Made by a program: the position numbers and the translations under genes. Below, in pieces: positions 25,915 through 36,877 of a stretch of 64,000 bases of DNA (its first letter is position 1; every line of letters begins with the position of its first letter). The stretch is from Mobula hypostoma. Its lineage: Eukaryota. The notes beneath the pieces were generated by a model, which was not told where the DNA came from, did not search any database, and worked only from the letters and a program-made list of their open reading frames with translations. Location: assembly GCF_963921235.1 (NCBI RefSeq), contig NC_086097.1:620001-684000 (forward strand), given 5' to 3'.

Positions 25915-26046
25915 CACAAAATAATCTGCAGATGCTGTGATCAAAGCAACACTTTCAGTACGCTGGATGAACTCAGCAGGTCGGGCAGCATCAGTTAGAA
26001 ACAATGAGTCGATGTTTCGGGCTGGAACCCTTCATCAGGACTGAAG
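25915..26046 (-). mobile_element. About 130-bp Penelope pLTR-derived insertion with 15-bp TSD
   Basis: AAATTAAAAAAGAAA occurs at 25900-25914 and 26047-26061. The body is homologous to Penelope termini at 31640-31770. Confidence 0.85.
26007..26042 (-). ncRNA. Minimal type-I hammerhead ribozyme motif
   Basis: Minus strand AGTC CTGATGA A GGG TTCCAG CCC GAAAC ATC GACT gives helix I AGTC/GACT, CUGAUGA core, stem II, GAAA, and an NUH cleavage triplet. Confidence 0.75.
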
Positions 26047-27480
26047 AAATTAAAAAAGAAATTGGTCTTTACTTAAAATTCAATGATAATGAAGAGGTTT
26101 CACCTCCCATTCTATAGGATACTCTGACGGCTGTCTTAAGAGGGAAAATTATAGCGATATCTTCATATAAGAAAAAATAAGGAATAAAACATTAGAGGAA
26201 TTACAAAATAAGCTGAACGAACAAGAAACAAAACACAAATTGAATTTGGCACAGGATACGCTCAAGGAAATTTAAAAAATTAGGAATGAAATTAATAGTT
26301 TGGCTCCACAAGAAATTAGAAAAAATTTAATGTTTCTGAAACAGAGACACTATGAAAGTGGATCTAAATCTACGAAAATACTGGCGCGTAAACTAAAAAA
26401 AAAAGCAGAAACACAATTCATAGAATTGGGGATCCAAGAACAAAAGTGATTAAAAAAAAAATAAATTAATTAAGTGAAGTTCAAGAAGCTTTTGAAATGT
26501 TTTACAAAACTCTATATTCCAAAGCTCCAGGGGAAAGCATAGCCCAGATTGACACCTTCCTGTATTCTTTATAGTTACCCACTCTAAGTAAAGAACAAAA
26601 TAGAACGATGACTGCTGACATAACTGAAGCTGAACTAAAAACTGCAATTAGTAGGCTTAAATTAAGCAATTCACCAGGATCAGATGGATATACGGCAGAG
26701 TGGTACAAGGAATTTAGAAATGAGTTAATTCCTGTTTTACTCCCCACACTGAACTGGGCTCTAAGAAAGACGTAAATGCCACCCAGCTGGAAGGAGGCGA
26801 TAATCTCAGCTACACTGAAAGAAGGCAAGGATAAAATGGAATGTGGGTCATTTAGACCAATATGTGTTCTTAATGTGGATTATAGATTATTTACCTCCAT
26901 CATGGCCAAACGATTAGAAGAGTTTCTACCCACACTGATACATAATGATCAGACAGGTTTTATACAACAACGCCAAACACAAGACAATATACGAAGGACA
27001 CTTCACATTATGGGTTATATATATAAAAAAAATTGAAGTAATAGTGATGTGTGGATGCTGAAAAGGCATTTGATTCGGTTAATTAGAATTTACAGTATTT
27101 TACATAGATTTGATCTACATGACACAATTATTAAAACTATACAGGCACTACTAGGATTAAAATCAATGGATATTTATTTAATAGTTTTACCCTAGAAATG
27201 GGCATGAGACAGGGTTGTGCATGGTCATCGCTACTCTTCACATTATATCTGAAACCATTAGCTCAACACATCAGACAAAATGAAGATATCAGGGGAATTA
27301 CTATTAAAGGGACAGAACATAAATTAGCCTGTTACGCGGATGACATTTTGCTCTATCTAGGGCAACAAATATGCACTTTACCTAAATTGATGCAATCCTT
27401 TGAACAATATGGCCAATTATCAGGATATAAGATCAACATAGATAAAACCCAACAACTTTCATATAACTATAGCCCACTAA

Positions 27481-28203
27481 GGAGCTGGTGGTAGACCTGA
27501 GGAGAGCTAAGGTACCGGTGACCCCTGTTTCCATCCAGGGGGTCAGTGTGGACATGGTGGAGGATTACAAATAGCTGGGGATAGTAATTGACAATAAACT
27601 GGACTGGTCAAAGAACACTGAGGCTGTCTACAAGAAGGGTCAGAGCCGTCTCTATTTCCTGAGGAGACTGAGGTCCTTTAACATCTGCCGGACGATGCTG
27701 AGGATGTTCTACGAGTCTGTGGTGGCCAGTGCTATCATGTTTGCTGTTGTGTGCTGGGACAGCAGGCTGAGGGTAGCAGCCACCAACAGAATCAACAAAC
27801 TCATTGATAAGGCCAGTGATGTTGTGGGGATGGAACTGGACTCTCTCACGGTGGTGTCTGAAAAGAGGATGCTGTCCAAGTTGCATGCCATCTTGGACAA
27901 TGTCTCCCATCCACTACATAATGTACTGGGTGGGCACAGGAGTACATTCAGCCAGAGACTCATCCCACCAAGATGCAACATAGAGCATCATAGGAAGTCA
28001 TTCCTGCCTGTGGCCATCAAATTTTACAACTCCTTCCTTGGAGGGTCAGACACCCTGAGCCAATAGGCTGGTCCTGGAGTTATTTCCTGGCATAATTTAC
28101 ATATTCTATTTAACTATTCATGGTTTTATTACTATTTATTATTTATGGTGCAACTGTAATGAAAACCAATTTCCCCTGGGATCAATAAAGTATGACTATG
28201 ACT
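27481..28203 (+). mobile_element. 5'-truncated Rex1/Babar LINE inserted in L1 ORF2
   Basis: RLYFLRRLRSFNICRTMLRMFYESVVASAIMFAVVCW...SFLPVAIKFYN. Tail aatttcccctgggatcaataaagtatgactatgact. ACTAAG at both junctions. Confidence 0.85.
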
Positions 28204-30774
28204 AAGAGAAATTGAAAGTAGTTATCCTTGGGCATGGCAAACAGAGTCTGTCAAATATTTGGGAATCATTATGCCAAAAGATTTGGCAAAATTATCAGAA
28301 TGCAATTATCAGCCTATATATAAAAAAATTAAGGAAGGTAATATAACAAGATGGATCCTAATTCCTTTTCTTGGTCTCAGTTGAAGGATTGAATCTATTA
28401 AAATGAATATACTGCCCAGACTGCTATATCTCTTTCAGACCCTACCAATAGAGATTAACCAAAATCAATTCAATGAATGGAACAAGATGCTATCAAGATA
28501 TATATGGCAAGGTAAAAGGCCCAGAATTCGTCTCAAAACTTTGCAATTAGCAAAGGAAGTGGGGGATGGGGTCTACCTTCTCTTAGAGATTACTATTTTG
28601 CAGCACAGTTGAGAGCCATGATATGCTGGTGCAACCCATCATGTGGCGCTCAATGGAAAAACATTGAGGAGAGAATACTTTCCATCCCCATATAGGTAAT
28701 TTTGGCTGATAACAACCTACAAAGTTACATAAATACTATTGATAACCCATGGGTGAAATGGACTCTTAAAATATGGAAAACTATTATAAAAAGAATATAA
28801 ACTAGAGAGAGACATTGCAATTCTTAAATGGTGTGCACATGACTCAGATTTCACGCCGAACAAACTGGATGCTAGATTTAAGGTCTGAACAACTAAAGGA
28901 ATAACAGCTATTTGCAATATAATGAAAAAAGGAACACTGTTTAGTTTTGAAATGCTCAAAGAGAAACACTTATTAGAAAAACAAGACTTTTATCGATATT
29001 TACAGATGCGACAGTATGTTAATAGGACGGTTAAAAATGTAACCAAGGCAAGTACATGTTTGATAGCGCTATTTAGAAAAGTATATAATTCAGACAACGG
29101 TAGTAGAATCATTTCAAGCGTGTATAAGGGTTTGTCAAATCTTAAAACACATTCGACTTCATACATTAAAACAAAATGGGAGAAGGAAGGAGGGATAATA
29201 ATATCTGAGGAAGAATGGACAATAATATGGAGGTATCAATGAAAGTCCACCAGTTCACAGAAATGGAGGGAGTTCAGGTGGAAAAACTTGATAAGATATT
29301 TTATTACACCCTCTCAGAAATCCCATTATGATAGTAACCTCCCTGTTTGCTGGAGAAATTGTGGAAATCAAAATGCAAACCATTATCATATTTTCTGGGA
29401 ATGTCTCGTTATCAAAGACTATTGGAGTGGGATACATAATGCCCTACAAGACATCTTTAAATGTGAAATACCCTCAGAAAGTAAGACCATACATTTTGGG
29501 TACATATCTCAAGAATGGTTGAAAAGAGATAAATATTTAATGAATATACTGCTGGTGGCTGGTAAAAAGACCCTTACCAGGAAATGGTTATCACAGGAGA
29601 GCCCAACTTTAAATGTATGGATGGAAATTACAATGAACATTTACAAAATGGAGAAGTAATTAATCATAAGTTGGAACAATTTGATTCATACTGGGAAAAA
29701 TGGTTTAACTATATAACACCTCATAGGCCTGATTTTATTCTCACAAGTCAATGAATATGTTGTAAAAAAAAATCACTCCCTACTTTGTACATAGTTTTCT
29801 TCTTTTGATTGTTCTTTCTTTCCTCTCCTTTCTATAAGTGTATACCTCAGATAAATATTATGTGGAGATTTGTGACAAATATAACTATATGATAGATATG
29901 TACAATACATCTTATGGAAAGTCTTGTTTGATGATGAACTTCAATGAAAAATAAATTACAAAAAAAAAACGTGTGAGAAATGTGAGAGTAATACAGAGAG
30001 GGGTGAGTGGACAGCAGTGGTCTGAAACAAAGGAAAGGTTATCTTTACCGCCATTGTGGCTGGAAAGGAGGCTATTCTAAACTTCATAAAACACAGGCCA
30101 AGTTCTAGATATGTACCCAGTTCAGAATACCAATATTTAGGAAGTATATTGATGTTTTATATGATATATCCATGCTTTCTGTTGGATTATCAGTACCTGA
30201 AGGTTATCATTGGGACTGTCATAGAGTTATACAGCACGATAACAGGGCGTTTGTCAAATTGTCCATGCCTACCAAAGTACATTCCTGAACTAGCCCCATT
30301 CATCTGCATTTGGCCTTTATCCCTCTCTTTCCCATCAAACAGTCATAGTCATACAGCACATAACTACACAAATTGGCCCTTCAATCAAATGATACATGCT
30401 GACCAAGATGCTAGACCCATTTGTCTACATTTGAACCATATCCCTCTTGACCTTTTTTATCCATGTACCCATTCAAATGTCTTTAGAATGCTGTAATTGT
30501 ACCTGCCTCTCCCACCTCCTCAGGCAGCTTGTTTCAAACACGCAGCACCATCTTTGTGAAAACATTGCCCTTCAGATCTCCATTAAATCTATCCCCCTCA
30601 TCTTAAATTTACATACTCTAATTTCAGACTTCCCTAGCCTAGGGAAAGGACTGTGAACATTCACGTTATGGATGCCCCTCATGATTTTATGTACCCCAAT
30701 AAGGTTACCCCTCAACCTCTTGTGCCCAGGCTACCTACAGTGATATCCAAATATTAATTAAAGTACAGGTGTCC

Positions 30775-31120
30775 CTGCACAGATCCCTGAGGAACACCAC
30801 TGCACCCAGCACCAATCCTTGAGGAATACTACTGGGCCCAGCACTGATCCCTGAGGAATACCACTAGACCAGTACTGATCCCCAAGGAACACTGCTGGAC
30901 CAGCACTGATCCCTAAGGTACACCACTAATCCCAGCGTTATTCTCTGCAAGACACCACTGCTCCCTGCAGAATTCCACTGGTCTCAGCAGGGACTCCTAA
31001 GGAATACCACCGCTTCCCCCATGGATCCCTGAGAAATACACCTTGACCCAGCACTGATCCCGGCAGAGCACCACTGGACCAGCACAGATACCTGAGGAAC
31101 ACCACTGGCCAAGCACTGCT
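30775..31120. repeat. Minisatellite, 31-32-bp unit, about 11 copies; resumes at about 35556-35640
   Basis: Unit is approximately CCAGCACTGATCCCTGAGGAACACCACTGGA. Confidence 0.85.
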
Positions 31121-31310
31121 GCACCAGGTGACCCTGTGATCCCTGTCTCAGAGGCCGATGTTAGGCTGTCTTTAAAAAGGGTGAACCGTTGCAAGGTGGA
31201 AGGTCCCGATGGAGTACTCGGTAAGGCTCGGTAAACTTGAGCCAATCAACTGCCAGGAGTACTTAAGGACTTTTTCAACCTCTCACTGCTATGGGTGAAA
31301 GTTCCCACAG

Positions 31311-31638
31311 AGGATGAGAGGTGACCTGATAGTGGTGTACAAGATGATGAGAGGCATTGATCATGTGGATAGTCAGAGGCTTTTTCCCAGGGCTGAAATG
31401 GTTGCCACAGGAGGGCACAGGTTTAAGGTGCTTGGGAGTAGGCGCAGAGGAGATGTCAGGGGTAAGTTTTTTTACACAGAGAGTGGTAAGTGTGTGGAAT
31501 GGGCTGCCAGCGGTTTAAGAGACTTTTGGATAGGTACATGGAGCTTAGAAAAATGGAGGGCTAAGGGTAACCCTAGTAATTTCTAAGGTAGGGACATGTT
31601 CAGCTCAACTTTGTGGGCCAAAGGGCCTGTATTGTGCT
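31311..31638 (+). mobile_element. CR1 3' end fragment (tail resumes at 34131-34152)
   Basis: MRGDLIVVYKMMRGID..LFPRAEM. The tail is interrupted by the Penelope element. Confidence 0.8.
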
Positions 31639-34116
31639 ACACGAGGAATTCTGCAGATGCTGGAAATTCAAGCAACACACATCAAAGTTGCTGGTGAATG
31701 CAACAGGCCAGGCAGCATCTCTAGGAAGAGGTACAGTCGACGTTCTGGGCCGAGACCCTTCGTCAGGACTAACTGAAAGAAGAGCTAGTAAGAGATTTGA
31801 AAGTGGGAGAGGGAGGGGGAGATCCAAAATGATAGGAGAAGACAGGTAGGGGAGGGATGGAGCCAAGAGCTGGACAGTTGATTGGCAAAAGGGATATGAG
31901 AGGATCATGGGACAGCAGGCCCAAAGAGAAGGAAAAAGGGGAGGGGGGGAAAACCCAGAGGGTGGGCAAGGGGTATAGTCAGAGGGACAGAGGGAGAAAA
32001 AGGAGAGAGAGAGAAAGAATGTGTGTATATAAATAAATAACGGATGGGGTACGAGGGGGAGGTGGGGCATTAGCAGAAGTTTGAGAAGTCAATGTTCATG
32101 CCATCAGGTTGGAGGCTACCCAGACGGAATATAAGGTGTTGTTCCTCCAACCTGAGTGTGGCTTCATCTTTACAGTAGAGGAGGCCGTGGATAGACATGT
32201 CAGAATGGGAATGGGATGTGGAATTAAAATGTGTGGCCACTGGGAGATCCCGCTTTCTCTGGCGGACAGAGAGTAGGTGTTCAGTGAAACGATCTCCCAG
32301 TCTGCATGGGGTCTCGCCAATTTATAGAGGCCACATCGGGAGCACCGGACGCAGTATATCACCCCAGCCGACTCACTGGTGAAGTGTCGCCTCACCTGGA
32401 AGGACTGTCTGGGGCCCTGAATGGTGGTAAGGGAGGAAGTGTAAGGGCATGTGTAGCACTTGTTCTGCTTACAAGGATAAGTGCCAGGAGGGAGATCGGT
32501 GGGGAGGGACGGGGGGGATGAATGGACAAGGGAGTCGCGTAGGGAGCGATCCCTGTGGAAAGCAGAGGGGGGGGGAAGGAAAGATGTGCTTAGTGGCGGG
32601 ATCCCGTTGGAGGTGGCGGAAGTTACGGAGAATAATATGTTGGACCCGGAGGCTGGTGGGGTGGTAGGTGAGGACCAGGGGAACCCTATTCCTAGTGGGG
32701 TGGTGGGAGGATGGAGTGAGAGCAGATGTGCGTGAAATGGGGGAGATGCATTGGAGAGCAGAGTTGATGGTGGAGGAAGGGAAGCCCCTTTCTTTAAAAA
32801 AGGAGGACATCTCCCTCGTCCTGGAATGAAAAGCCTCATCCTGAGAGCAGATGCAGTGGAGACGGAGGAATTGCGAGAAGGGGATGGCATTTTTGCAAGA
32901 GACAGGGTGAGAAGAGGAATAGTCCAGATAGCTGTGAGAGTCAGTAGGCTTATAGTAGACATCAGTAGATAAGCTGTCTCCAGAGATAGAGACAGAAAGA
33001 TCTAGAAAGGGGAGGGAGGTGTCGGAAATAGACCAGATAAACTTGAGGGCAGGGTGAAAGTTGGAGGCAAAGTTAATGAAATCAATGAGCTCAGCATGCG
33101 GGCAGAAAGCAGAGCCAATGCAATTGTCGATGTAGTGAAGGAAAAGTGGGGGACAGATACCAGAATAAGTTTGGAACATAAGATTATTCCACAAAGCCAA
33201 CAAAAAGGCAGGCATAGCTAGGACCCATACGGGTGCCCATAGCTACATCTTCAGTTTGGAGGAAGTGGGAGGTGCCAAAGGAGAAATTATTAAGAGTAAG
33301 GACTAATTCCGCTAGACGGAGCAGAGTGGTGGTGGAGGGGAACTGATTAGGTCTGGAATCCAAAAAGCGGCGGAGAGCTTTGAGACCTTCCTGATGGGGG
33401 ATGGAAGTATATAGGGACTGGACATCCATGGTGAAAATAAAGCGGTGGGGGCCAGGGAACTTAAAATCATTGAAAAGTTTAAGAGCATGAGGAGTGTCAC
33501 GAACATAGATAGGAAGGGCCTGAACAAGGGGGGGGGGGATAAAAACCGTGTCGAAGTATGCAGAAATTCCACATCCCATTCCCATTCTGATATGTCTATC
33601 CATGGCCTCCTCTACTGTCAAGATGAAGCCACACTCAGGTTGGAGGAACAACATCTTATATTCCGTCTGGGTAGCCTCCAACCTGATGGCATGAACATTG
33701 ACTTCTCAAACTTCCGCTAATGCCCCACCTCCCCCTCATACCCCATCCGTTATTTATTTAAATACACACATTCTTTCTCTCTCTCTCCTTTTTCTCCCTC
33801 TGTCCCTTTGACTATACCCCTTGCCCATCCTCTGGGATTTCCCCCCCTCCCCCATTTCCTTCTCCTTGGGCCTCCTGTCCCATGATCCTCTCATATCCCT
33901 TTTGCCAATCAACTGTCCAGCTCTTAGCTCTATCCCTCCCCCTCCTGTTTTCTCCTATTATTTTGGATCTCCCCCTCCCCCTCCCACTTTCAAATCTCTT
34001 ACTAGCTCTTCCTTCAGTTAGTCCTGACGAAGGGTCTCGGCCTGAAACATCGACTGTACCTCTTCCTAGAGATGCTGCCTGGCCTGCTGCATTTACCAGC
34101 AACTTTTATGTGTGCT
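31639..34116 (-). mobile_element. Penelope-like element (RT + GIY-YIG) with an inverted copy of its 3' end
   Basis: Minus strand: MDVQSLYTSIP, VAMGTRMGPSYA, YIDNC, LPFLDL, VYYKPT, IPFSQFLRL; Cys-rich linker; GVIYCVRCSRCG (GIY-YIG). 33565-34115 (+) is an inverted copy of about 31675-32225. 14-bp TSD GCCTGTATTGTGCT at 31625-31638 and 34117-34130. Confidence 0.92.
34020..34055 (+). ncRNA. Minimal hammerhead ribozyme motif in Penelope pLTR
   Basis: AGTC CTGACGA AGGGTCTCGGCCT GAAAC ATC GACT. The opposite-strand counterpart at 31735-31770 has GAAA mutated to AGAA. Confidence 0.75.
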
Positions 34117-36877
34117 GCCTGTATTGTGCTGTAGGTTTTCTACGTTTCTATGCTTCAAAAAGGCAACAATCATACTAGTGCCTAAGAAGAATAATGTGAG
34201 CTACCTTAATGACTATCGCCTGGTAGCACTCACATCTACAGTGATGAAATGCTTTGAGAGGTTGGTCATGACTAGACTGAACTCCTGTCTCAGTCAGGAC
34301 CTGGACCCACTGCAATTTGCCTATCGCCACAGTAGGTCAACAGCAGCTGCAATCTCAATTGCTCTTCACGTGGCCTGAGACCACCTGGACAACACAAACA
34401 CCTACGCAGGATGCTGTTCATCCACTATAGCTCAGCATTTAACACCATCATTCCCACAATCCTGACTGAGAAATTACAGAACCTGGCCCTCTGTACCTCC
34501 CTCTGCAATTGGATCCTCGACTTTCCAACTAGAAGACCACAGTCTGTGTGGATTGGTGAAAATATCTCCTCCTCACTAACAATCAGCACTGATGCACCTC
34601 AGGAGAGTGTGCTTAGCCACTGCTCTAGTCTCTCTATACCCATGACTGTGTGGCTAGGTATAGTTCAAATGCCATCTATAAATTTGCTGATGATACAACC
34701 ATTGTTCATAGAATCTCAGATGGAGACGAGAGGGTGTACAGGAGTGCGATATGTCAACTAGTGGAGTGGTGTCGCAGCAACAACCTTGCACTCAATGTCA
34801 GTAAGACGATAGAGCTGATTATGGACTTCAGGAAGGGCAAGACGAAGGAACACACACCAATCCTCATAGAATGATCAGAAGTGGAGAGAGTGAGCAGTTT
34901 CAAGTTCCTGGGTGTTAAGATCTCTCAGGATCCTACCTGGTCCCAACATATCGATGCAGTTATAAAGAAAGCAAGACAGCGAGATTTGATATGTCAACAA
35001 ATACACTCAAAAACTTCTATAGATCTAATGTGGAGAGCAATCTGATGGGCTGCATCACTGTCTGGTATGGGGACTCGGGGGGTGGGGGGGGGGAGCTACT
35101 GCACAGGACCGAAAGATGCTGCAGAGCATTGTAAATTTAGTCGGCTCCATCTTGGGTACTAGCCTACAAAGTACACAAGACAGCTTTAAGGAGTGGTGTA
35201 TTATAAAGACAGCGTCCATTATTAAGGACCTCCAGCACCCAGGGCGTGCCCTTTTCTCACTGTTACCATCAGGTAGGAGGTACAGGAGCCTGAAGGATTC
35301 AGGAATAGCTTCTTCCCCTCTGCCATCCGTTTCCTAAATGGACATTGAACCCGTGAACACTACCTCACTTTTTTAATATACAATTATTTCTGTTTTTTTG
35401 CACAATTTTAATCTATTCGATATATATATATTGTAAACTGATTTACTTATTTATTATTTTTACTTTTTCTTCCTTCTTCCTCTACATTATATATTGTATA
35501 GAACTGCTGCTAAGTTAACAAATTTCATGATGATAATAACCCTGATTCTGATTCTGACCCCCGAGAAATACTACTGGTCCCAGCACAGATCCCTGAGAAA
35601 TCTCACTGATCCCAGATGTCAACTCAAAGAAACACTACTCTATCACCACCAGAAGATAAAAATCTTAAAAGCACATAACTCCAGGCTCAAAGACAGCTTC
35701 TACCCTGCTGTTATAAGATTATTAAATTGTTTTCTGGTACGATAAAGTGGACTGTTGACCTCACAGTCTACTTCATTATAATCTTTCACCTTATTGTTTA
35801 TCTGCATTGCCCTTCTTCTGTAGCTGTTGCACTTTATTCTGTATTATTATTGCTTTCTCTTGTTTTACCTCAATGTATTAAGTAATGAATTGATCTGTAT
35901 GAACAGTATGCAAGATACGTTTTTCATTGTAACTCAGTACATGAGACAATAACAAATCAATTCCAAATCTCTCCGACTTCTATGACAAAGCCAGTTTGAG
36001 ATTCCATGTGACTTAACCTCCTGGACCAGCTTAACATACTGCTCCCAGCATGTCTACTCTTGTCAGATCTTCCCAGTAGTTCCCATCTCTCTCATAAGTT
36101 TCCTTTCTTCTCTATATCCAGCCCTCAATACCTAAATGACATCAGGGTCAAATGGGATATCTCTAATGTATGTGTTAATGTGGCGCAACAACAATTAGTT
36201 ATAGTTTATAAGACCATAAGACATAGAAGCATAATTAGGCCATCTGGCCCATTAAGTCTGCTCCGCCATTCAATCATGGCTGTTTCTTTTTATTTCTCCT
36301 CCTCAAACCCAGATCCCGGCCTTCTCCCCATAACCTTTGATTCCATGTTCAATCAAGAACCTATCAATCTCTGCCTTAAATACCCCCAAAGACCTGGCCT
36401 CCACAGCTGCAGGTGGCAACAAATTCAACAAATTTGAGGAGAAGATGGCGGCGCGACAGCAGTGCGCGCGGCCTCTCCAGTGAATGATATCTGTAATCTG
36501 TCAAGTAAGGGACTGTGCACAATTCTGATTTGATGGAGACAGACATGAGAGTACGGAGGAACATCTGGAAAACTTCTGAAATGCCCACTTCGCTGCCGCT
36601 GCTACTGTGTGATAACCGGAATCTCCGGAGCAGAAGGCCCCGAATACTCCGCTTTGCTTGTTTCAGTGGCCGGGGCTAGGTCGAAGGCGCTTGGCAGAAG
36701 ATGGCGCTCGGGAGGCTGTATCGGAGGGGCTGGTCGGAGGCTCGAAGTTTTCGGACGGATGGATTCAGTGTTGGCTGTGGTCGGCTGCTTCCAAGGCATC
36801 GACAAGTTGACGGTGCCTGGAGGTTTATGGCAGTGAGTGTCTCCCTTTTGCCGCCTGCTATTGGGGTCTTGGAAGTC

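Larger units (their letters stand above)
22097..29969 (+). mobile_element. Full-length decayed L1-clade LINE (5'UTR, ORF1, ORF2, polyA) carrying three later insertions
   Basis: ORF1: coiled coil, EGRSRRKNIRI.NVPEG, IEIERAHR, PRSIVLRLLRF. ORF2: [48 protein letters not shown]-terminal CWRNC..H.FW.C. AATAAA and an A-run at 29950-29969. Possible degenerate TSD aaa(t/c)gtgtga. Confidence 0.9.
31125..35552 (+). mobile_element. Rex1/Babar LINE RT (31125-31310, 34153-35552) split by a CR1 tail and a Penelope element
   Basis: FKKATIILVPKK..LNDYRLVALTSTVMKCFERLV, LDPLQFAYR, KFADDTT, LNVSKT.ELI.DFRK. (ctgatt)n tail at about 35541-35555. Confidence 0.85.

Noticed and set aside
30775..31120. CRISPR-like periodicity of about 32 bp (also 51715-52232 and 55660-57010)
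   Set aside because: Units are head-to-tail with no unique spacers, there are no cas genes, and the context is a vertebrate intron. These are minisatellites.
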